A stretch of DNA of 63,035 nucleotides, counting the filler, from Intoshia linei (lineage: Eukaryota; Animalia; Orthonectida), in NCBI GenBank assembly GCA_001642005.1. It is 5 parts of 5 records of this genome, joined end to end, with 100 filler letters (N's around TTAATTAATTAA, not from the genome) between each part and the next. Parts side by side here need not be neighbours in the genome. Positions count along the whole stretch, not along the records: positions 1 to 25,866 come from LWCA01000489.1; 4 more parts are not named here. One strand, written 5' to 3'. Made by a program: the position numbers and the translations under genes. Positions 13,001-25,000 of the stretch are shown piece by piece. The stretch's first letter is position 1. Every line of letters begins with the position of its first letter. The notes under the pieces were generated by a model. That model made no database searches. It was not told the origin of the DNA and saw nothing but the letters and a program-made list of their open reading frames with translations.

Positions 13001-16000
13001 ACGACACTAATAACCAAATGAATTAATGATCAGTGATCACACCTAATTTCTTATAAAATGTGGTTTATCCGACCAGGTCCATCGTAAATAAGTAATAATA
13101 TTTTAAAGATTTTTTAATTTCAATATATTTTTATAAAGTTGTTTTTCTCATTTGTACATTAATAATTTTGTCATACAGCCATTGAAATTTTTTCAAAACA
13201 TTTTCAATATCTAAAACATTTAAAATATACAGATGGTAAATATTAAAAAAGTTTCATCAACTTTTTGATAATTTACAATCAATTAATCTAGATTGTAAGT
13301 TTTTAATATTCAAAAATCATTAAATTAATTATTAATGTACATAATAAATTTTAAATGAAAAATTACATCAAATTATAGGTGGTAAAATATGTTCATATAA
13401 TAATAAAAACAATAAATAGAAAAATAATAATTAATTTACATGTGTTAACTTAAATGTGTCAATTGTATTATGATTATAATTTATAACGCAATATTTATAC
13501 TGATTATAATTATATTTCATGTATATTTTTAAATATAGTTGGTAACAAAGATAATTTAAAATGATAAAATAACTTACAAAAGGTATTATTATTTATTATC
13601 ATTATGAATTATTAGCAAGTAAATTCTGTTTTTATTATCTGTTATTATAATATTATATTTTTAACATGTGTTATACAAAATATTTTATTATTTATTATTA
13701 ATTTAGCTTGTAATTATTGAAAACTATGATTTAACTTTTTATGTTTATAAATATGCCATAAATATTAAAGTATTTGAATGTTATATTGTGAAGTCTACAT
13801 ATTGAAATTATTTATACATTAAAATTTTAATTAGTTAGTAAAATTTTACATTATTATTGCATTACATAGAATTACAATATTTACAGAGATAGGTGAACAG
13901 TTTATCAGATGAACATCGCAGTGTCTTGGTAATAAAAACTATTATAATATAATAGTAGCGTCAATGTCTCAAAAATCTATACAATATGTTTTTACTAATT
14001 TCACTAATAACGGATCCATACAACATCCACGCAGATTCGATTACGATCAACCTTTTAAAGTCGCTGCATTATAATGCAGATAAATATAATTATTGATTCC
14101 ATTGTAATTTCAACAAGTTAAAAGGGGCGTGGAAGCTGATGTTGGAAAATAAAATAATTAATTACCATGGAATGATGAAAACAATCAAAAACATAATAAA
14201 TCTATCATTTCTTTGTTAACATCAGATGTCAATATAGTAATATGTAAATAGAAATGCATTTTAGTATTTATGAGTGAATATTGGTTATTTATAATATTGT
14301 ATAAAAAATAATACATAATATGTAGTTGGTAAATTTAATTTAAATACTTTTGTTTAATTTTATCATTTTTTGAGATAAAATGTATAAATTATTAATTGAA
14401 TGTATTAATACAAAAAATTATAATACAGTTTACATTATATCAGTGATTTAAACCGTTTTAATCTTACTTATGGATCAAATTTCACTGAATCAAACATTTT
14501 AAGAACACTTAACCAAAAAAAGTCTTTCAGAATATATAATGTACGCTTTACTACCTTTTCGTAGTCAGATCCCTAGTAACATCAATTTTCTAATGGTCGC
14601 ATAAAATTTTTGCATAAATTTTAAATAAAATGAAAAATTTCCAACGTTTAAATATAAAATGTATGTAGTTGCGCTTTATATTTCAATTCACATACTTTAC
14701 AATTGAGTATATGTGGATTAAATGGAAAATTAATGGTAAAGACTTTTTTTGTGCGGCCCGCGTAATAATTTTTTTTCACATTTGACGCGCCAAGCAAATT
14801 GACTTTGACACACCTGCTCTAGAATTTTTTTTTTAATCACTATCGTACATATAAACTAATTTTTTACTAATTACGAGATAATTTATAACGTTTTTTATCT
14901 AATTTTTAATAAACATTCAATTAGATGGCGTTTATTAGAAATTATTACTATCAGTGGCGAAAAATAATGTGGACCCAGGAGTCCATATGGACGCGTTGAT
15001 AATGTTTTGTGTATATTTAATTGTTATGTATTCAAAAACTCACGATATCAAGAAATATTACTATTTAATGGTTTTTATTTAAAAAAATTAAATTCAGTAA
15101 ACAAGTGTGTTACTATGGGGAAAATTCCATATTATAGGAATTAGGGAATTTTCGATTCTGTAAATAAGGGCGGAGTAACAATTTTTTTATTAGAAAACAC
15201 ACCAGAAAATAATTTTTGAATATAATCTCAAAATGAACACTCTACAATTTGTTTGGTTGCCAACATTGCTAAAACTGCTGCAATTTTTACGTTGGGAATC
15301 CTGGGTCTATGTCAATGATGGCATAACTTTTCAGTTGGTGTGTAAAAAAAAATTTTTGTTGTTTTCGTTTATAGTTGCTTAGCACTTCTAAATGATAAAT
15401 AATTTTTGGTATGTATTTAACAGCGTGTCAGGCAGAATGCCTGTGTATGTCACTAGTGACATGCGTGTCATATTTTTGCATCATTGATCTATGTTAGAGT
15501 TAAATTATAGTTTAATTATTTGCAGTGAGTAAATTTACTTATTTTTAAATAGCAGTAGTAGTATACACTATACCAGCCAGGTCAAACTTACGGCCCGTAG
15601 GCCGCATAAGGCCCTTTTCAATTTTAAGTGCGGTCAGCCACGACTTCGTATATGTATATATAATATATTATTAATACTAATAATAATATTAATATATATG
15701 ATATAATATAGATATTATTAAATATTCCATAATGAATTGTTTATCATCATTTGCACACCTAAGCTGCGAGAAGATATATTTAATGATATTAATGATACGA
15801 TTAAAATCATGTTTATTAATTAATGATAATTCACAATAAATTCTAAATTTTTAAAAATACGTGCAAGTCATATCAAATCAAAATTCTAGTTTTATCATTC
15901 GAACATTAATTTAAAAAATGAATCTTGCACAATGAATACAAAACCACCCAAAAAAATATTTCACTTCTAATTTCCAGGATAAAATTATCACAAAATAATG

Positions 16001-19000
16001 AAGAAAAAAGAACTCACCAAGTTTACTCCGTAATTGACGACGATAATCTCGATTATCCTTTGAATAATATTAGCACAACTGACCGAACAATTTTTCACAA
16101 ATTAAAAAAACCATGGCCGCTCGAACTAAACACATATTCGATTTCGATTATCTGATTTGAGATCACTTTCAATACATACTGTGTATTTGAAAAAAATATT
16201 ATATAAAAAATTTTATGATGCGGCCCGCCACATATTTGAGTTTGATATGGGTGCATTATACAGTTTTACATGACTCATTGTATCTAACTTTTATTTTTAA
16301 TATTCAATTTATTTATAAAGGTATTTATAAAATTTTTAGTCGGTTAGTTGTTCCTATTGAAAATCAATATATAATTATAAAAATTTTTAAGACATAGTTC
16401 ATTGTAAAAATTTAATACATTTTAATATACAATAGTTAGTAAATATTAATATATTTATAACGTCGTCAATTAGGTGGGTAATGAGGAAATTGAGATATAT
16501 GATTTCTAGAAAATATTAGTAATGTTTAATTCATAAATAAATATGAAAATTGTTCAATGAAATATAAAAATTTTTATATTTGATCGTAATATTAAAAGTG
16601 TTGAGTCCATTTCAAAACTAGGTTGTAACGAAAAATGTTTTTAACGTGGAAATTCTTGTATGAAATTAAATAGTTTCTAAACTAAAGTACCGTTTTGTTT
16701 CATACAGTGAAACACCCTAATGCAGATCGAAGTCACCGAAAATAAAAAATAGGCCAATAAAAAAATATATACAAATGAAACGTAGTGTCGTATAGCCTTA
16801 AAAATAAATGAATTTAAATACATAATAATACAATAAATTAACCCTTAGCCACCTAATGCTCTTGATTTTACATTTTGAATTTAACGCACAAAATAATTAT
16901 GATTTTCAAGACTATAATTTTTTAATGCTCAATTTGAAGAATGATGCCTCCATTCCACAAAAATCTTGTCGAGGACACCAATACGGGTCTCATGTTACAG
17001 TGAGTTCGGCGCTTCCCTATTGTCGGTATGAATTTAATATATAATTTATTGCCTTAGTGAAATTTTATATTTGTACTAGGTTCACCGGGAATGCGTAGAT
17101 TTCTGAAGTTGAAATTTTGTATTTATATCAATTGGAATAATCTCTATCAGAATAATCTTTTTTTTAATTTTCGGACCGTTTAATTATTTCAGATTTTTGG
17201 TTTTAATAAAATATTTCGGAAAAAAAATAAATGAATACTATAATGGTTTTTTGACCGTGAAGTCGTCACTTATTCTTATGATTGAAATTTTTTGTGTGTG
17301 TTAACAGGATACAACTGTACCACATGTAAATTTTTTTATATTCTAAGGCTGTTTTTATAAAAAAAAGGGTAATTTGTGGTTTTGGCCCCGAACATATAAT
17401 TTTTTTTAATTTAAATTTATGACAATGTTTATGATTTTAAAATCCGTATCAGCGTAGTTATAATTTAAATTCTCCAACTTGTTTGATTTTCAAAAAAAAG
17501 GACAATTGGAGTTTTTGACCCGTAAGATGTGAGTTTGAGAGGTTGAAATTTATCTTATTATATGTCCCGGAAAAAACTGTAATTGAAATGTGGACTTTAT
17601 AAAATTCTAAAACTGGTAGTTATTTCAATAAACGATAACACAAACAAATATTGCATAGTATATTATAATATGCTATGATTATATAAGTACACACAAACAA
17701 ATATTGCGTAACATATTATATAAATAAAGATGTATTAAAATTACCCACCTAAAAATTGTGAAATTGAACCATGAAATAAGTAGATTGGAAATCCTGTTTT
17801 GGGATACTCTCAATACAATTTTTAAATAATTATATTCGAATAATATTAATAATTTTATATGTATTAATGATGTATAATCTCATTATAATTAGTCGGTATT
17901 TAAAAATATAGTCATATTTAATTTTTTCATTTACATGGTAATTTTAATCTGATTCATTTTTTTATAGTGTGTAAATTATATCATACATTATTTTACATGT
18001 TGTAAAATGAAAAATACACAAAATTACATTACATTACGTTATCGGTGTATCGATGTGAATAAACGAATCTTTCTTATCTGTATTTATGATTTATTATTTA
18101 ATTAATTAAATATACTAATTACTAGTAATACATAATAATAAAGTGTTACATTAATCATGTTAAGTTAGTTATAAACATGTACTGTTTTGATATTATTTAA
18201 ATTTAGCTGGTAGTTAATTGAAAAAATAATAGTTTTAAATTATTTATTTCGCATATTTTTTAAATTAATATGTTAATAAATCAATTATAGTTATTCATAT
18301 AAAAAGTATCAATTTAGCATGTAAAAATTTTGTATTTGGAATATAAATATATAAATAATAATAATAACAAATTTGCATTACTTTTAGTAATTCGTTGTGT
18401 TTTAATTTAAATTTTAAACAAAATTTTTTGAAAATGAGTATTTGAGATTGAAAAATTGCGAAGGAATGAATTATATAGATTTTCACCCATATTTCTTTAT
18501 TATAAATGTGTAGACGTTCAATGCAATTTTTTTTAAAATTGTAGGATCAATATTTACATTTTCAATTTTTATTTTAATCGAAATATTTGAAAAATATTGG
18601 TTGATAATATATGAAAAATTATTTTTAACCGGGAATGCGTAGATTTCTAAAGTTGAAATTGTGTATTTATATCAATTGGAATAATCTCTATGAGAATAAT
18701 TTTTTTTTTAATTTTCGGTGATTAATTATTTCATATTTTTTGTTTTAATAAAATATTTCGAAAAAAAAATATGAATACTAAAATTCTTTCTTGACTGTGA
18801 AGGCGTCACTTATTCAGATTGAAATTTTTTTAATATGTTAAAAGGATAAAACTGTACAACCTATAAATTTTATTAAATTCTAGAGCTGTTTTTATTAAAA
18901 AAAAAGGTAATTTGTGGTTTTGGTCCTGAAGATATATTTTGTTTAAATTTAAATTTATAATAATATTTATGATTTTAAAATCCGTATCAGAGTATATATT

Positions 19001-22000
19001 TTTTTAAATTTTCCAACTCATTTGATATTCAAAAAAAGGACAATTGGGCTTTTTGACCCATAAAATGTGAGTTTGAGAGGTTGAAATGTGTAACACACCC
19101 GGAAAATACTGTAATTGAAATGTGGACTTTATAAAATTCTAAGACTGGTAGTTATTGAAATAAACGATAACACAAACAAATATTGCATAGTATATTATAA
19201 TATGCTATGATTATATAAGTACATACAGCCAAACAAATATTGCAAAGCATTTTATGTAAGTAAGGATTATACAATTTACTATTGTTCCATTTTCATGTAG
19301 CATTTCAAGTTCAATGTTTCATTTAAAAAAATATTTTAAATAGTTAGTAATATATATTATATATAAAATAATTATATATATAATATTGTATAGAATAATT
19401 TAACCAAATTATTATTAATATTAATAATACTAATTTAGTGTTTAGCAATTTTATGAAACTATAAATAAATACATCATTAGAAAGTAAATTTTATATTTTA
19501 ACCACAGTCGCTTATTTACATTGTTGTATACGATATATAATTAAAATAGATAAAATCTAATTTAATTTAACATGTTAAAAAAACAGCTTGTAAATTTTAT
19601 AATTTTATGAAAGTATAAATAAATGACAATAATAGTAAAATGTACAATTTGATAACATTATAATGATATGTTAACAATTTCATTTTAATTAATTTTTAAA
19701 AAATTTATTGTATATCGTGTTTCACTTGACATAAATATTTATATTAAAAATTCATACTTTTTTATTTAAGATATCGTATTATTAAGATAAGTTATTAAGA
19801 TAACAATGAATATTACTTTCTTGTATTTATTTATAAAATTATATGTTTCTCTATTGCATCTTGAAATTTCGACCTGACCAGATAGAGTTATTACACAATT
19901 CGAATCATAAGAGTATCAGCTACAAAATGATATGTACTAGAAAAGTCTATATTTAAATTTATGATATAAAACATTAAAGTTGGTAATTTTTGTATTTAAA
20001 TGTATTATATTGATTATAATAATTACATAATTTTAATGAAGATGTTATTAAAAATATTAACACATTACATAACATTATAGCCGGTAAAATTAAACATAAA
20101 TATTTAAAGAGTCTTCATATCTTTTATTTCTAAAATTATAAAATTAAAAATTTCATTAGACAGTAAAATATTAATTTTTAATTTTTTTATCAAAATTTGT
20201 ACATTTCTATATATATCTTATATTCTATAATCTATTTATATATATAATAAATAAATCATGGTTAAGTTGGTACGTCTTTTTATTTTTAAATTATTTAATT
20301 TTTAAAATTTTAATTATTATTTTTCTAAATTAGGATGTAATTTATATAAATATTTATTTAATTATATACACCAGTGATTCAAACTGTTTTCCGTAAAAAG
20401 AAGGTTGGTGTGGAGCGAAAAAATATAGTGTGATAAATATACATTCGTGTATATTACATTTACATTTGTATATAACTTATATGTTTATATTAGCGTATAT
20501 AAATATTGATCACGCTATTTAAAATTTGTACTTTTGATTAAAAATTGGAAATATATCATTTTTTCATATAAATTTTTTTAAAACCATTTAAAAGGTGTGC
20601 CATAAAAAAAAAGTTTGAGAATCACTGGTATACACTATAACCCAATTAGTGTTGACTGAGTATGATCAGCCATGTTACCATAATACATTTTAATGAACAT
20701 CTACTGAATTGTTCATTATAATCTGTGGTTACACTGTATTTAGCTTATTTTACTAAATATAGCGTACTATTACTAATAATAATTCTAATAAAATAAATCT
20801 TTACAAGGCCGTAAATATTTAATTTTTTGTAATTTTGACATACAGGTTCATCACTTAGTGACGTTCAATTCAAGTATCATGTGAGTCTTAGTCACATCAG
20901 TAGAATAACCTTGAAAAGTTAACAATGACCATAGAACAATATAAAAATATCCATTATTAACATTTTTGTTAAATGATAATCAGGGATTGGAAATGATTAA
21001 TTCCAATTAATTATGTTGTATAAGCCATTTCATTGTTTGCTAAATATTAATTTTTGAATTAATTGATTTTTTTGCAATTTATTGAAAAATGAAAAGATAA
21101 TTTTCAATGAATTGGTTTTTTCATATAACTGAAAAAATATAAATTGAATCCTTTTATTGACGAATGGTTGGATGAAAAAATTAATTTAATTTTTTTATGT
21201 AGTTCAAAAATTAAATTAATAATAATATATATTAAGGTGTCAAGTTGAAACTGTCAACACTCGTTGTAGCGTATCGCAGTCCCATCATGCTTTATTTATT
21301 TCCAGAAAAAATTTTATTTCCAAATTCGAAAAAAGAAATAAAATAAATAATATGAAAATATTTTTTAACAACTATTTTGCGAATAAAATAGTTTGACATT
21401 GTATAATAAAATATTAAAAACTTTTCATTATTCTATGGAAATTTAAAAAAAAAAAAATGCGTTAGTCACCAGAAAAATGATTTATTTAACTTAATAGCTT
21501 GAATGTTATGTACTTCGAACAAACAGCATCCTAATATATTCATTATAACCACACGACAGTTGTTTAAAAATGATTATGATATGGTTATCAATCTTCAATT
21601 AATTGAAATTTTTTGTATATTTTAAAAAACCAATTTATGGCAATTATTTCATATAAATCAATTAATTGAAAAATATTTTTGAAGTACAAATTACTTCTGC
21701 AAATAAAATAATGAAATAGTAATATAATTATGAGCGGTCTTTTTATACATATATTAAATTTGTTTATATATAATATACACCCTACCACCCAACGAAGAAT
21801 GTCAATAATTTCAATTTGTACCAAAACAAAAGTTTCCATTTTTTAAAAAAACCCCGGGCAAAGCCATTAAATTTTTGAACATTTTATTACTCATACATAT
21901 AATAATAAAATAATATTTATTAATTTTTTGAAAATTATTATTGATTAAACCATCTTTTTTTAATTTATTTTAATATTAAGACTATACGTTATAGTATAAA

Positions 22001-25000
22001 ACTTAGATATAATAAATTTAATTGTTGATGACTCTACATTTCTACTCATAAGATTAACAACCCAACAACTAATTTTATAGCCCGCGCATACTGATAGTAT
22101 ATAAACAAATTTCTGGATTATAATAGCATGAATACAACGAGACAACAAGAAATGATGAAGAATTGAACCAATTAATGAAGCATATTACGATCAGCCAAGG
22201 CGTTGTATTGCCTCACATCAATTCAACTTTGATTCCCAAGAAGGCCAAGGCTACTGGCAGTACCTAAGCAAATTATAGACTATTGTAGATATTGTACATT
22301 AGAAAAATTACATAAATAGGATATTTTTAAAATTATATACGCACCAATAAAGGATTTTTTTAAAATTTACATTGTATTTAAAGTCTTGGCTTTTTTGTCA
22401 ATTTGAGAAAATTTGTTATTTATATTAATGGCTTTTCGACTTATTTAACTCGCCTCTACTCGAAATTCCAATCCCTGGTGATTATATTAAAAAATTGAGG
22501 TACATTGATCAGTTTCTATTAAATTTACGAGTTTATAATGTACATTTATTGATGGTATTAGATTAGTAAAATAATTGTGATGACTTTTTAGAAGGTAATT
22601 AATTTAACTATTTGTTTAATAGTCTGTAAGTAAGGTTATACAAGTGATTAAAGTCTTGTAAATTATACATGTAGTAAAATGTCTTTTCAAGATTTTGTTA
22701 ACAAATTATTAAAATTTGACTCACTTAAACAGTCTATTACTTTAGTCACTTCTACTGGACGTCATAAAAATAAAATTAAATTTTTATATTAGTGGGTTTG
22801 TTTATTAACATAAAATAAAATATTTTAAATAATTCTGAAATTTGGATTTACAAAGTTAATCATTATGATTAGGACGTAAATTAAAATTGATCAAGATTAA
22901 TATTATTAATTTAATAATATTAAAATATTAATTGTTATAATGTGTACACCAGGGATCGACAACCAAAGGCCCACAAAATAATTTTGTTGACCCTTTGAGT
23001 AATAATATAAATTATTTATTTTTAAATGTTTCAATTTTTAATACTTTTCTACCATAATTGGCTGATTTTAATCATTTTGACTCTGAATTTTCACATCGTC
23101 CTGGAAAATATTTTGTTAAATTTACTAGAACCGTTTCTCTACAGTTAAAATATAAATTTATCATGTGTAAATTTTTAAAACGGGACCTGTATAATTTTTG
23201 AAGAAAAAAAATCAACTCACGAGACGCAAAAGGTTTCCGCTCCTAATATACATGTATCGTAATAATGAATAACATTTTGTTTAGTAAGTAATTTTATTAA
23301 TCATTTTTATAATTTATGATTGAATGTATTCACAATTCAATTGTAAATTTTGTATTATGTATTATTATAAATATCATAACACATTTTATGACAATATTAC
23401 ATATCCGTTGCCGAATGAGCCAACCATCAAAATTAATCTATGCTGATTAGCACTATTTTTGAAATTACTTAACCTAACAATTGTATAAAAGTTTACACCG
23501 ATTTGGATTAGATTTGCACAGGCTTTAATAGCATATTTAAATATATTTCAGAGAAAAAATTAAAATTGAATATTAATTAAATTTAATAATTTTAGTATGT
23601 AAAATTTTTTATGTGATTATTTTATTTACATTATTAATTACCAATTAATAATAATGTAAATAATAGTATATAAATGTATGTAAAATAAATATTCCAATTT
23701 TAATAGTATGTAATTATGCTTTTATTTATCTCATACAACATATATCGTGACTTGATTTTTACAATGTACCATACATACGTTAATTAGAATTTCATATATC
23801 CTTTAATCTAAAGAAAATCCTAATTTTTTTTAAAATTGATGTTGATTATTAAAATTGCTGAAATATCGAAATTTCTCAAATTGATTCAATGGGAGATATA
23901 CATGTAAATAGGTTCATGATGATCAGGCCCGTCATATTAACTTAACCCCTTTCCAAGACCCTGCTCAAAATAATTTTAATAAAACCGATCTAACACTATT
24001 CATAAATATATATTTTAGTGAGTAAATACTATTATTATTACAATTATTTTTTTTCTTAAATTTATAATTCTATAATTTTTATAATATATAATTAATAAAT
24101 ATGATACATAAAAATCTATTAAACATAATTCTTAGTGCGTAACATTACATAAAACCATTTATTAAATATTTTTTTTAATATTTAAATATTACAATTAAAA
24201 ATATAATTATAATATTTTAATACAATAGCTTGTAATTAAAATTATTAGATATAATTTATAAATTGATAACATCTAATAAATCGACTATATTGAAATTTAA
24301 ATTGTTAAAAATAGTGTGTAAATTGAATTGTAGAATTGTATAAAATCAACATAGATCAGTATTTCTTAGTCATGGCTCACGACTAACGAGTAAACGAACC
24401 CAATCAGCCTGAATTTACTCAATTAATTTTAAAAAGAAATTTATTTTAGCTTGGTTTTTTGTGAGTAAATTGAATATTAAAATTTAAGTGATTGTATTCA
24501 TAAATTTTTCTTTTTAACGGGTTTAAAATGATTTTCATCTTTAATTTATTAATTAACATTTCGAATTAAACATTACAAAATTACACCAAATACTATACAA
24601 ATCGTTATTTAAAACTAGTTGATTATGTGCCTTGAGTCTAGAGTCTAGACTCATAAATTAAAAAATAACACATACATTTATTTGGTACTTTTTACAATTT
24701 GTATTTAGTGGGTTAATTAATTGTTATTTAAATATAAATTGTAAATTATATGTATCATACCTGTCCAATATCAGGTACCTCGACGAGAAATGCCAGATTT
24801 GCGACTTTACACACGACTTATACCTTTAAAATTCAAATCTACCACACTACAATAAATTGAGACAGATTTTATAAAACCTACATTTTATTTTAAGTTATTT
24901 CAGTTGATGATAAAAATTGTAAAAAAATTAATTTAAAATCTTAAATCAAAATTTCTTTAAATGACATATAAAGTAAATGTGAATTCTTTAAATATATTTT

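Noticed and set aside
13915-14250. Possible Ty3/gypsy RNase H relic ([11 protein letters not shown])
   Set aside because: The similarity is too short and degenerate to support.
18295-18486. Short ORFs 18295-18486, 27389-27628, 41244-41426, 3700-3903, 15925-16397 and antisense ORFs over Vps39, ADAM and piggyBac
   Set aside because: They fall within non-coding repeats or are shadows of genes on the other strand or frame.
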